Below are positions 40,296-54,407 of a stretch of 64,000 bases of DNA, one piece after another. Under the pieces are notes generated by a model. The model did no database searches. It was not told the DNA's origin and saw only the letters and a program-made list of their open reading frames with translations. Each line of letters opens with the position of its first letter. Positions within the stretch are counted from its first letter, which is position 1. This DNA is from Octopus sinensis (lineage: Eukaryota), in assembly GCF_006345805.1 (NCBI RefSeq), contig NC_042997.1, forward strand, positions 25,978,001 through 26,042,000, in the 5' to 3' direction. A program made the translations under genes and the position numbers.

Positions 40296-40545
40296 GGAAG
40301 TTAAAAGTTACGCCCGGTCATAATGTTACCATTGGTTTCGCAACCATGAAACGCTCAGCAGTATACGTGATTCGTCACGCTCAAATGACTGAAAGCGCAT
40401 AAGCTCTCTAGAACTGGCGGAAGAAATACGTAAATGTCTGTTGGTTATGTAAACAAAATATAATTGTCCGTACTGCGGACGGGACAGGGTTATCCCGCTT
40501 ACATCTGCTCTGGCCGCGGTGATAATTGAACGAGCTTTAACTTTC
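40296..40545. mobile_element. Putative MITE with short TIRs and TA flanks
   Basis: ta|ggaagttaaaag ... gctttaactttc|ta. Confidence 0.4.
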
Positions 40546-40584
40546 TAATATATATACATATATTACTACTCTAATGCTTTAGAG

Positions 40585-40862
40585 CAGTGCTTTTCAAACT
40601 ATCTGATGTGGCGTACCAGCATTTTTTCCAGTATGCCAGGGACTGATAATATTTCTTAGTAATATTAATTTATACCGGAAACAATATATTATAAATATAA
40701 TAAAAGTTGACATTTTTTAAAATCTTGTATTCATTTTGTAAACAAATAATATAATATTACATAAGCATTTTATAATGTTTCTTTTCTGGAAACTTGCCGC
40801 GTACCAGCGCCTGATGGCTCGCGGACCGGCATCGGTCCGCAGACCACAACTTTGAGTGTGCT
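40585..40862. mobile_element. hAT (Charlie-like) non-autonomous element, right end eroded
   Basis: ctttagag|cagtgcttttcaaact at left; ggaccggc..ggtccgc..actttgagt at right. Confidence 0.55.
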
Positions 40863-41249
40863 TCTTTTTCGGATATATGATCTATTGACCTTAAGATAAA
40901 TACTAGATTCGATGTACATGACAGAATCTTTCTAAGAATGTTCCAGCATATTTATTATTTGCTTGCCTAAGGACAGCAAGTAATAAAGTAAAAGAATAAA
41001 AAGACTGGATATATATTTTTTTCAAACTGTTGCCATGCTATTTCATTTAAATTTGCGTACCTAATGTTTGAAAAATATCACGAACAAATATCACGATATA
41101 TGACAAAGGCTGATATCATTGAAACATATGTTCCCCATTCCATCCCCAGCATAACATTTTACTTAACAGTGTATCATCAATTTGTTATTAATGATAAACG
41201 AAGAAATGCTGCTTCAAGTGTTCAATATTTGGTGGTTATTTTAAAGAAA

Positions 41250-41481
41250 GGCGGCGAGCTGGCAGAAACGTTAGCACGCCGGGCGAAATGCGTAGCCGTA
41301 TTTCGTCTGTCGTTACGTTGTGAGTTAAAATTCCGCCGAGGTCGACTTTGCCTTTCATCCTGTCGGGGTCGATAAATTAAGTACCAGTTACGCACTGGGG
41401 TCGATGTAATCGACTTAATACCTATGTCTGTCCTTGTTTGTCCCCCTCTGTGTTTAGCCCCTTGTGGGTAATAAAGAAATA
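41250..41481 (+). mobile_element. SINE family C
   Basis: 16-bp TSD GGTTATTTTAAAGAAA at 41234-41249 and 41482-41497. Confidence 0.92.
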
Positions 41482-41952
41482 GGTTATTTTAAAGAAAATT
41501 TGAGAATAATAACAGTATGTTTTGTGATGTGAAAACCCAATACAATGTTGGGTAAGGTTTGTTATAAAATACATTTTGAATAAGACTTGAAAGATTTACG
41601 ACAAATGAATAAGATGTTTGTCGAAAGTGAAAGCTTCATTTCACACGTCTTTTACAATGAATACTCCACTTTAAATTTCCATCAATAAATCGAAGTTCCG
41701 GACTATTTGTAGTTATCTCTAGACATTCAGCGTACGCAGTGATCTGAGTAACCCTCAGTGATCGTCTTTCATCGTCGCTGGAAATCTCTCCTGGCAAAAA
41801 CATATCCTTAACATGCCTATGACCATAGCGCAACGTGTGGAACTGCTTTTCATGGCCAGAAGATACATCAACACAATACAATTATTGAGAAACTACAAAA
41901 TTCATGTGAGGCTCACAAAAGGGTATTGCTCTCACGTCTTGGCGGTACTGAC

Positions 41953-41987
<35 letters not shown>

Positions 41988-42054
41988 GCATTAAAAAAAA
42001 AGAGCTTCGTAATTGACTGGAATAAAGTCATAATCGCACGATATCTCTGACCAC

Positions 42055-42345
42055 AGGCACTGCCTTCTCTCTTTCTATTTTCTATAGCTACTATAAAGGC
42101 CTTTGCTTCTAGATTTTGGATAGGCTCATGTTTACTCTATTTAAACATTCCCATACCGCTCACTTGTCTCTCTTCACTCCAGGCTCCATACTAATCACTT
42201 CACACTGTCCTTCCCTCCCAGAACTTCGGTGCTCCAGGATTGACTTTCATTTCTTTCACTCGGTTAATCATTTCCAAAAGTTCAAGATTAGAATTAAAAG
42301 AAACGATCTTACTGGTCTAACCGACCCTGCATTTGACGTAGAAAA
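42055..42345 (+). mobile_element. Decayed 3' end of a CR1-like LINE ORF2
   Basis: AFSLSIFYSYYKGLCF*ILDRL..HFQKFKIRIKRNDL resembles the SLSLFYRYY.G.CS.EL..NLQ.FK..IN C-terminus. Confidence 0.45.
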
Positions 42346-42684
42346 TACCCCATCGCCCAAACCCACTATGTAAAAAATAAAGAAGAAGTTAGTGACAGAG
42401 ATACAATTTGTTCAATTTGAGCAGAATTGCAATGAGTATGTTTATGTTTAATGTTAAGATGATCACGAATATGAGTAGTTTTGGCATCTAATTTCATGCG
42501 GAATCATATGATGATCCTAGCTTGTATGTAACAGCGGCCTACTCAACATATATAAATAACTACACGATATATCATATATTCGACAAGCATTTTGCTGGCC
42601 TACTCTTACAGCAAAGAGATATATTGTGGAATAAATAAAAAAGGATTGCTATGGTATAAAAATGTAGCCATCAATACAAGCAAG

Positions 42685-42830
42685 ATAACTATTCCTTGAA
42701 AGTGGGAGAAACAAAGAGTATGCATGAACATTTACAACAGGGAAATCTCAACAAAATACCCACAGCAGACCTGAACTTAGATACCACACATTGTTTAGCT
42801 GTTCTAAACTTTAACCACTCGTATTCTTTT
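42685..42830 (+). mobile_element. Possible GIY-YIG endonuclease relic of a Penelope-like element
   Basis: ITIP(C)/KVGETKSMHEHLQ..NHSYSF resembles IPC..YVGET.R..EH..H.FD; heavily decayed. Confidence 0.3.
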
Positions 42831-43126
42831 CTCCACCTAAATAATATTATTAGTAATTTGGACGATTCGTCATGTAAATCTAGTATTGATTGTCGGTATA
42901 TTTTGTCAAATCTTCATGTAGACATTTACTTTAGATCATAAAACAACTCATCACAGTAATTTTCTCATATATGTTGCAGCTTGAGTTTTTTCTCACTACT
43001 TTGATAAAAACGGAGTTTCACAAAAACATTTCTTCAAAGATATTTGTACGTTTTTTTTTTATTCTCGCTTCACTCCTGGTGTTTTGCGTCTGTGTTTTTA
43101 TTCCTTTCCTTCTTCTTTATTTATCG

Positions 43127-43187
<61 letters not shown>

Positions 43188-43453
43188 AATATTATTTCTT
43201 TTTTACCAGTTTCTTTGCTATTTCATATCTACTTCCGATTGCGTTCTGCATTCTACTGAGGTTATTTTTTTCTCTTTTCCCATAATGTTATCTGTCATCT
43301 CTTTTTTCTTGCTTCCACTTTTTAGCATTTTTTTTTCTTTCATTGAATCGGTTGTCAGAAATATTTTGTGTACATGTGTGTTTATGAATGATCATGCATG
43401 AGTGTGTGTGGTGTTTGTGTGTATGTATGTATCTATGTATCTTTCTCTCTCTC

Positions 43454-43515
<62 letters not shown>

Positions 43516-43840
43516 CGTCTTTATATATATAGTTCAGTTACGATGGCCAGTAAATATAGTCTGTAATGATAAATGCATAAAGCCAGGGCAGACAACTGCG
43601 ATGTATATGAGCGCCCTCTTGTATCCATGTTCTGCTTCAGTGGAGATTTCCCTTTAAAAACAGCCTCAAGTGCACGAATAAAACAGAAAAAAAATCACTT
43701 CAAATATGAAGGACTGATGCAGTGTAGCTGTGCTTAGTTGCATGTGTGCGCACACGCATAGATATATGCATGCATGCTTATATATGCAAGTATACACACA
43801 CAGAGAAACATACACATATACATACATACATACATACATG

Positions 43841-43874
<34 letters not shown>

Positions 43875-43962
43875 TACATATATATATATGATAGATAAAT
43901 AAATAAACATATATACCAAATATGTATATAATCATGTATGTGATATGTTTATATATATATAT

Positions 43963-44032
<70 letters not shown>

Positions 44033-45283
44033 CATTCACGCATCCATGCATACATCAAGACACATGCATACATACACAAAACATACTTGAGTGGTTGATG
44101 TGTGTTTGAGTGTGCGTCTGTGTGTCCATATGGACATGTAATAGAGCGATATGGAAATGTAGAGAAATGACTGCTTGAACATAAAATCAAATAAAAAGAA
44201 AAAAAAGAACACTGATAGAAAAAAAATAGAAATGAAACTAAAACAATACAGAAAGTGTTACGAAAGGTCAGTTCGGTGAAAGTGGCCTTCAAACAAAATA
44301 TGAAAGAATCGTGTTTTGGGAATTTGAATGACATCATTAAAAGAAGTTTGGAGCGATTGGAGAGATCTTACACATGAGAGAGAAAGTGTGTGATAGAGAA
44401 AGTAAAATAGAGGGAAGAGAAATAAGAGAGGGAACGAAGGAGTAAAAGAGAGAGTGAATGTGCTCGAAGGAGTGGATGAGGAAAAGTGAGAGGGAAAGTG
44501 AGCGAGACAGGAATAGAGAGAAAAATTAGCTGTAAAAGAAGGTAAAAAGTAAATCACATAGGAAGGGATAAAGAATGAAATTAAAAAAAGTTAAAGAAGG
44601 AAAGCAAGAAAGAAAGTGATGGAATAAGAATGAGAGAAGGAGAGAGTGTGAAAGAAGAGTCAGATAGAAATTTTTTGACGAAAATATTTGAAGAGAAAAG
44701 AAAAGTCAATAGAAACAGACAGAGAAAGAAAACTGAATGAATGAGGAAGAGATAAAGAAAGGATATACAAACGGAAGAGAGAGGGAATGAAATAAATGAT
44801 ATAACGAATGAAATAATATTGATAGGGAGAAAGAATTTGTTGTGTAAAATAGAGAAATGAAGCAAGACGATACAGAATTGAAAGAGAAGTGAAAAAGAAA
44901 AGAAAAGGAGAGAGAGGGGAAAATTAAGAATTAGAATAGCGGTGGTATGAATAATGGCAGAGGCAGAAAACATTTTGCATATACGGGTGAATTTTTGTGA
45001 AAAGCTCCATTAAATCAGACTTGATATTATTTTTAAACGCTGCAATTATCTGTACTTGTTGGAGTTATGTCCCATGTTCTACGTTCATACGTTCATTAGG
45101 AGTCTTAGTATATACTAATTGTATGAATGATTTCAGTTCATTAGAGTTTCCTTCTATTTTTTCTTATTTTCATTTTTACTTTTACCTCTACACTATATAA
45201 CGTGTTGGGGAGCTTGCCGTTCAGATATGCATAAAAAACAAAAGGCATGAGAGAAAGAAAGAAAGATAGATGAATAGATAAAG

Positions 45284-45342
<59 letters not shown>

Positions 45343-45989
45343 AAAAAAGAACTGAACTATAAATGATGAAAACTGGAAAGAAATGGATATAATACAAAAT
45401 GTTGTGTCAGGAATAACACCAGAGATTTCACCAACAGAACCAAAATCCGAAAGTGAGGCAATTCTAAACTATTATAGGAGTAGGTGTAGAAAAAACTGAG
45501 AGAGAGAGAGAAAAAGAGCGTGAGGGTGAGAGAGAGAGAGCGGGATAAATGAGGCAACAGAGAGAAAAGAGGTGAGAGAGAGAGAGAGAAAAGGCGAGAG
45601 AGAGAACAGAGGTGAGAGAAAGAGAAAAGAGGCGAGCGAGAGAAAGAGGAAAGCGGCGAAAGAGAGGGAGAAATTTTCTATGCAACAGCTGCATAAAGAT
45701 TATGCAATGGAAATACAGGGGCATAATATATTGCACATGATATTTTGCTGAAGTAGGGAAAGAACCCATGTACTATAGACTGACGAAAGATCTATTCAAG
45801 TGATACTGAAGGCTCACGGAACGTTTTTTCGTGTCCCTTGGATTTCACACACATGACTCAGCTTAACCTGAGGCTACGGTAGAAGCTACTTGTTGAAGGT
45901 GATAGGTGCAGCAATCGAAAATTCTTAACAACAATTATGCCTACTGTAAAGAAGACGGAGATTAGGATTATATTGTACTTCGATAAATA

Positions 45990-46400
45990 TAGGCGTATGA
46001 GTGACTGTGTGGTAAGTAGCTTGCTTACCAACCACATGGTTCCGGGTTCAGTCTCACTGCGTGGCACCTTAGACAAGTGTCTTCTACTATAGCTTCGGGC
46101 CGACCAAAGCCTTGTGAGTGGACTTGGTAGACGGAAATTGAAAGAAGCTCGTCGTATATATGTATATATATGTGTGTGTGTATGTTTGTGTGCCTGTGTT
46201 TGTCCTCCCCTAGCATCGCTTCACAACTGATGCTGGTGTGTTTACGTCCCCGTAACTTAGTGGTTAGGCAAAAAAGAGACCGATAGAATAAGTACTAGGC
46301 TTACAAAGAATAAGTCCTTGAGTCGATTTGCTCATCTAAAGGCGGTTCTCCTGCATGGCCGCAGTCAAATGACTGAAACAAGTAAAAGAGTAAAAGAGTA
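45990..46400 (+). mobile_element. SINE family B
   Basis: Homologous to the other B copies; tail (gtaaaaga)2. Confidence 0.88.
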
Positions 46401-46562
46401 AATAACTAAGGAACGAAGAGCAGTAGGGTTAATGAAAAATAAAACAGTAGCTTTGTATACAATCGCATTTCTTTTATTTGGAACATATGAAGCATAACTC
46501 CGAATCATGGTAAAAGTTTTAAAGTAAAACCAGAAAACTGAAATTAGATATAGAAATAATAT

Positions 46563-46927
46563 ATTTCTAAATCTCTCAGAGAGATTTATGCAGTAGTGAT
46601 AACATAAAGTAGTTGAATACTGTCAACTTAATGTGACAGTTCCATGAAGGGAATAATACTACTGCTATTTAGCCCTAGCAAGCAGCAACGCTTTCTGTCA
46701 GCCTTGACACGTTTCCTGTCTCCTTATGTTTACAAGGGGGGGGGGATCAGCATCTCCACCCAGTTAAGCCTACATCCAGAGACTAGTTTCTGAGATTTTC
46801 TCGTCATCAGTCTGGAGTAGCATGGCCTGCTAGTTGTAGTATTATTCCCTTCATGGGACTGTTACATTAAGTTGGCAGTATACAACTACTTTATCGTATC
46901 ACAAATCTCTCTGAGAGATTTAGAAAT
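46563..46927. mobile_element. Fold-back element with ~95 bp inverted arms enclosing a hammerhead; probably Penelope-like derived
   Basis: 46563-46662 is an imperfect reverse complement of 46836-46927; each arm carries the mini-palindrome aaatctctcagagagattt. Confidence 0.6.
46770..46820 (-). ncRNA. Minimal type I hammerhead ribozyme fold
   Basis: CUAC-UCCAGA CUGAUGA C GAGA AAA UCUC A GAAA CUAG UC UCUGGA-U-GUAG; palindrome ACUAGU; GUC cleavage between 46781 and 46780. Confidence 0.75.
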
Positions 46928-47022
46928 GTATTATTTCTATTTTTGAAATCAATGAATATATTTCACTAGAATTCTTAAATATTTACTAGAGCTAGATAGG
47001 CATCTCCAACTAGCAGGCCATG

Positions 47023-47073
47023 CTACTCCAGACTGATGACGAGCTATGACTCAGAAACTAGTCTCTGGATTAG
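47023..47073 (+). ncRNA. Minimal type I hammerhead ribozyme fold, inverted partner of 46770-46820
   Basis: UCCAGA (47027-32) CUGAUGA (47033-39) C GAG CUAUGA CUC A GAAA (47054-57) CUA GUC (47061-63) UCUGGA. Confidence 0.75.
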
Positions 47074-47507
47074 ATATTTCAAGCATTTCATCTACCTATT
47101 AGAAGTCTCAATCTGTGGCTTATCACATATTACACATATTACATAGTATACTTTAATATATAGAAAACACACAGCCAAAACAAAGCAATACCTCAAACGA
47201 AGACATTTAAAACTGTGTTCGACTGTAGCCACGAAAACATGCGATGTAAGAAATTCTTAAAACAATGAATATAAGTAATAATAATAAATTCCAACACTGA
47301 CAAAGGACTAGAAAGGAGGGGTAGATCTGTTCAAAAAAATAGCCCCTTAACAGATTTTCAACTCATATATAATATTTTCGACCTAGAAAAAACGTAAAGC
47401 AAATTTAATCTCGAAAGGAGTTGAGATTGGAACGTAAAGAGTCAGAAGAATACAGCATGGAATTTTGGTAATTATTCTGGAAGCCACATTAACGAGGATC
47501 TTCTTAA

Positions 47508-47723
47508 TTCTTTACTGCCCACAAGGGGCTACACACACAGAGGGGACAAACAAAGACAGACAAACGGATTAAGTCGATTATATTGACCCCAGTGCGTAAC
47601 TGGTACCTATTTAATCTATCCCTAAAGGATGAAAGGCAAAACCAACCTCGGCGGAATTTGAACTCAGAACGTAGCGTCAGATGAAATTCGCATTTCGCCC
47701 AGCGTGCTAACGTTTCTACCAGT
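47508..47723 (-). mobile_element. SINE family C, slightly 5'-eroded
   Basis: Homologous to 22716-22949. Confidence 0.82.
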
Positions 47724-47968
47724 TAGGAAGGTTATTGGTTAATACCTTAACAATCCTAACAATATGCAGTAGTTTAACATGTAAAATCATTTCTACATAA
47801 TTTTGTTCACAAGGAGCTGCCTTACGATAAACTAAAACAGGCAGTCATGAGGAGATAAAAATGGTATGGGGATCACAAACAATTGCAAAAGTGAAGAGCG
47901 AGGTAAGAGAAAGCATGTCGAAAAACTACAGTTCCGTACGTCATTGACTATAACGATGATGTTAATGC

Positions 47969-48532
47969 TCTTCTTCTTCTTCTTCTTCTTCTTCTTCTTC
48001 TTCTTCTTCTTCTTCTTCTTCTTCTTCTTCTTCTTCTTCTTCTTCTTCTTCTAAGCAGGACTCACAAAGCGCCACAAAGAATAATCTCTAATTCGAGCCT
48101 ACTCTAAGCTACTAAGAATGCGTGCTGCAACTTGAAGATACACCCACCACACAAACGATAGACTGGCGTTTGCACGGGCACGAAAGCTACGTCGTTATTC
48201 TCATTCCGTAATCGGTGGCTTCTAACGAGTAGAGAGCTGAACCATCCTGGGGTACAGAGGATTCACAATCTAGACTAGGGTCTGAAAGCTTTACCACACC
48301 ATACTGGGTTACATCATGGTTCCTCTGCTTTGTGGCGGAAGTAGGAAGAAAGAGGGAGAGAAAGTTGTGGTGAAAGAGTTACAGCGAGGTTCACTACCAC
48401 CACCCTGCCGGAGCCTCGTGGAGCTTAGGTGTTTTTGCTCAATAAACACTTACAATGCCCGGTGTGGGATTCGAAACCACGTTCTTATGACCGCGAATCC
48501 GCTGTCCTAACCACTGGGCTATTGCGCCTCCG
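47969..48532 (-). mobile_element. SINE family A head/body with alternative tail 2 ending in a long (GAA)n
   Basis: The tail is homologous to 63560-63870; the (TTC)n tract 47969-48051 is its terminus. Confidence 0.85.
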
Positions 48533-49124
48533 CTGCTGTTGTTGTTGCTATTGTGATGGTGATGATAATTATGAGGATGATGATGATTAGAAAAGGTGTA
48601 TGATGACGACGCGGATGATGATCAAGATATCAATGACGACGGCCAAGGTGTTGACGGAATGAAGATGACAATGAAGACGACAGTGGTGTTGGCACCTGGT
48701 GGTGGTGGTGGTGATGAGGCGATACCTAGTAATGATGCTGAGGAACATGATGGGGGTTTCCGTGATTGGTGGGGCGTTATGGTAATAGGGGTAATGTGTG
48801 AGGGATAGACGGAGTGAGTAGTGAAAGCACAAAAACAAATGATACACTGTATCAAAATAATGACGTCAAAAACAACTGCAGCCTCGCAACTAGAAGAACC
48901 GACATAACTAGACTAGCACTGACAAAGAGCAAAACTAATACTGGACGTCAATATTGTAAGAGACAGGGTTAGTAACACGCAGACGACTTGTTATTGTCTC
49001 TTTGTTGAAGACTAAAAACAAAAAAATTCCATGAATATTGGATAAGAGCGCTTATAAATTATATATGTATATGAACACATACACACATATGTACTTACAT
49101 AAATGCATATATACATATATGTGT

Positions 49125-49480
49125 GTGTGCGTGTGTCTGTATGTATACATTTATGTACGTACGTATGAGTGTTTGTGTGTATATACATTATGTATGTGCG
49201 TACGAGTGTTTGTGTGTATAAATATATTATGTACGTACGTATGAGTGCTTGTGTGTATATATACATTATGTACGTACGTATGAGTGCTTGTGTGTATATA
49301 TACGTTATGTACGTACGTATGAGTGCTTGTGTGTATATATACGTTATGTATGTACGTATGAGTGATTGTGTGTATATATACATTATGTCCTTACGTATGA
49401 CTGTTTGGTTGTGTATATACATTATATACGTACGTATGAATGTTTGCGTGTATATATACATTATGTACGTACGTATGAGT
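49125..49480. repeat. 39-bp minisatellite, about 9 units
   Basis: Unit atgagtgcttgtgtgtatatatacattatgtacgtacgt starts at 49241, 49280, 49319 and 49358. Confidence 0.9.
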
Positions 49481-49490
49481 GTGTGTGTGT

Positions 49491-49566
<76 letters not shown>

Positions 49567-50010
49567 TGTGTGTAACGACACCGATATTGATTTCTTCGAA
49601 AGGCTGAAAACCACCAATTTGTAAACGAAAATTTTCATCCACTGAATCGAACATACAGACTCAGTTTCTATTTTATCGATAACGACGTGATCGAATGTAC
49701 GGTCAACTTCGCTCACACTTTAAACAGATAATCCTCATGGAGTGACAGAATAGTTTTAGGATGCAGTTCGGCGTTTTACATTCCCTGCTCGTGCATTATT
49801 TTAAAAATATTTCTTCTACTTAGTCTGTGTCTAAATGTTTGTAAACGGTTAATTACTCGTCTACTAACAGAAGCTGTAACAGTTACTCATTATTTTCACA
49901 CAACTATACGTATGTCTGATAATTACTGATGCTTCAAGAGCGGTAGCGGGCGGGGAATCGCTACAACGTTGAACAAAATGTTTTGCGGTATTTAGCAACA
50001 TACCTTTTAT

Positions 50011-51242
<1,232 letters not shown>

Positions 51243-51248
51243 ACTCTT

Positions 51249-51463
51249 TCTCTTTTACTTGGTTCAGTCATTTCACTGCTGCCATGCTGGAACATCGCCT
51301 TTAGTCGAGTAAATCGACCCCCAGGACTTATTCGTTGTAAGCCTTGTACTTATTCCATGGGTCACTTTTGCTGAACCGCTAAGTTACAGGGATGTAAACA
51401 CACCAGCATCTGTTGTCAAGCGATGTTGGGGGGACAAACACAGACACACACACATACACACAC

Positions 51464-51534
<71 letters not shown>

Positions 51535-51682
51535 CGACGAGCTTCTTTCAGTTTCCGACTACAAATCCACTCACAAAGCTTTGGTCGATCCGAGGCTATA
51601 GTAGAAGACACTTGCCTAAGGTGCCAAGCGGTGGATCTGAACCCGGAACCAAGCTACTTACCACACAGCCACTCCTACGCCT
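51249..51682 (-). mobile_element. SINE family B
   Basis: Homologous to the other B copies; long internal (CA)/(TA) tract. Confidence 0.85.
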
Positions 51683-52321
51683 TTTTCAAAGTATCTATAG
51701 ATAGAGAAATTATAAACAATAAATCCCAGCGTAATCATATGTACTTAATAATGACTGAATTGAAGGTGGGTATAAGACCATTGATAGAACATATGATGTA
51801 AAAGACGTTTCTTCACGTACCTTGTCTAGAACAAAAATTCAAGCCAAAGAGAGACAAACGAATTAGAAAGGCATGGTGTGATTACTCGGTATGCTTGAAT
51901 TTGTATCTACATGTCATTCAACTCATTCGCAATTCTGTTAAAATGATGAACACGTTGAGCAATAATTGATAGGTTTTACATAAACCAACGAGGATCCAAA
52001 TGTATTCGTTCATTTTTCATATGTTCAGAGAGATTCGAGCGTAAATATCTAGTTGCCATTGTTTTTCACGGCCCGAATACGTCTCCTTGTTTTGGGCAAT
52101 GTCTGTTCTTAGCACATGTGATTCACCACTTCAGCAGTAAGGGATTTCGTGACCGCAGTGTTTCGGCATCATTATGTGTCTCTTCATAGGATACTACTCC
52201 TCAGCTGGACCGGTGAATTACAGATGTGTATGAGACAGCCAAGTATGTATGTATGTATGTAAGTATGTATGTATGTATGTATGTGTTATGTGTGTGTGTG
52301 TCTGTGTGTGGCTATGTGACA

Positions 52322-52474
52322 GTCGCAGGAGTGCCTGCGTGGTAAGTAGCTGCGTGGACTGAACCCAGAACTGGGTGGACTGAACACTTTAGGCAAGTGT
52401 GTTCTGCTATAGCTTCGGGCAGACCAAAACCTTGTGAGCGGATTTGGGAGACGGAAACTGAAAGAAGCTCAACG

Positions 52475-52561
<87 letters not shown>

Positions 52562-52784
52562 TGTGCGTGCGTGTGTGTATGTTTGTGTGTCTGTGTTTGT
52601 CCCACCCCACATCGCTTGTCAACCGTTGTAGGTGTGTTTACATCCCAGTAACTTAGCGGTTCGGCAAAAGAGACCAATAGAATATGTACTAGGTTTACAA
52701 AGGATAAGTCCTAGGATCGATTTATTCGACTAAAGGCGGTGCTCCAGCATGGCCGCATTCAAAATTATTGAAACAGATAAAAGA
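52322..52784 (+). mobile_element. SINE family B with a rearranged head
   Basis: Head segment scrambled (gtggactgaac appears twice); followed by an (AG)(CAGA)(GATA) microsatellite to ~52975. Confidence 0.8.
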
Positions 52785-52803
52785 ACAAAAAATATATGTA
52801 TAT

Positions 52804-52873
<70 letters not shown>

Positions 52874-52884
52874 GTCAGACAGAC

Positions 52885-52971
<87 letters not shown>

Positions 52972-53412
52972 CAGACATATATATACATATATGCATATAT
53001 TGATATAAATACACATCTGTGTGCGAGTGTGTGTGTCTTTAGGGTATGTATGGAAAACAAAAAACAATAACAGTTAAACCTCAGGTCTGCTTAAAGCACC
53101 TTTGATCATTCTGATATTAGTTCTTTTTCGATGGAATCTTTATTTCCCGTAACTCAACAGAAAAAAGAAATTCTCAGAATGTTCGTTGCTGTGATATACT
53201 AGAGCCCATCTTCGTAAATCATTTGAAAAATAGTTGTCATTGATAGCAAGTTCGCCCTGAGAAAAAAGCACTCTTGGCATGCTGTCACCATTTTGTCACA
53301 TGTTCAGATTTTTGGGGCTAAATTTGATTGTTCGCATTAAAAGAAAATTTAACACAATATCCCATCTAAAAATAAAAGTATGTTTTAAAAAATCAAAGAA
53401 TATCGACTAGAT

Positions 53413-54000
53413 CAGAGGTTCTCAACCATTTTTCATCTATGGACTCTTTTGATTACCATTTTATACTGGTGGATCACCATAGCCATTCGATATTTTAAAA
53501 CTAGTTTTGTAGAAACTTCCTTCAAATTTCCTATTTCGTTTTTCACGCATTCACTTGTGTAGGTTAACTAAGTAAAACGGGAGAGAAAGAAACCTAACTG
53601 TTTCTTGCAATACAGTCCATTACTTACGTCTAAAGTAAAATTTGTTCAGAGGCCCTTATAATGCCATTCTTATATCTTTATTGCCCACAAGGGGCTAAAC
53701 ATAGACGGGACAAACAAGGACAGACAAAGTGATTAAGTCGATTACATCGAACCCAGTGCGTAACTGGTGCTTAATTTATCGACCCCGAAAGGATGAAAGG
53801 CAAAGTCGACCTCGGCGGAATTTGAACTCGGAACGTAACGGCAGACAAAATACCGCTAAGCATTTCGCCCTGTGTACTAACGTCTCTGCCAGCTCGCCGT
53901 CTTATAATACTATTCTGTATTTCCAATTTAATATTTTGCTACGTGGACCTCCAAAATATGGAACCTGGGGGATCATATGGATGCTCGTTGAGTACCACTG
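53413..54000. mobile_element. hAT (Charlie-like) non-autonomous element
   Basis: TIRs cagaggttctcaac / gttgagtaccactg; 8-bp TSD gactagat (53405-12) / tactagat (54001-08). Confidence 0.8.
53671..53900 (-). mobile_element. SINE family C nested in the hAT element
   Basis: TSD cttataatgccattct (53655-70) / cttataatactattct (53901-16), 14 of 16 identical. Confidence 0.88.
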
Positions 54001-54022
54001 TACTAGATTACTGCTGGGAGAT

Positions 54023-54407
54023 TTAAGCACTCCGTCGGTTACGACGACGAGGGTTCCGGTTGATCTGAATCAACGGAACAGCCTGCTCGTGAAATTAACG
54101 TGTAAGTGGCTGAGCACTCCACAGACACGTGTACCCTTAACGTAGTTCTCGGGAATATTCAGCGTGACACAGAGAGTGACAAGGCCGGCCCTTTGAAATA
54201 CAGGTACAACAGAAACAGGAAGTAAGAGTGAGAGACAATTATGGTGAAAGAGTACAGCAGGGATCACCACCATCCCCTGCCGAAGCCTCGTGGAGCTTTA
54301 GGTGTTTTCGCTCAATAAACACTCACAACGCCCGGTCTGGGAATCGAAACCGCGATCCTATGACCGCGAGTCCGCTGCCCTAACCACTGGGTCATTGCGC
54401 CTCCACT
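54023..54407 (-). mobile_element. SINE family A
   Basis: 11-bp TSD TGCTGGGAGAT at 54012-22 and 54408-18. Confidence 0.92.

Noticed and set aside
44150-45700. Long purine-rich strand asymmetry (mirror case: pyrimidine-rich 24050-24800)
   Set aside because: Degenerate (GA)/(GAAA) low-complexity DNA; the F/L/S-rich ORFs on the other strand are compositional artefacts.
45774-45800. tagaCTGAcGAAAgatcTAttca, resembling a hammerhead lacking stem II
   Set aside because: Core incomplete and stem I only 2 bp; cannot be distinguished from chance.
52130-52215. Minus-strand CTGAGGA...GAAAC...GTC in a repeat-like segment
   Set aside because: Stem I unpaired and stem II offset; not supportable as a ribozyme.
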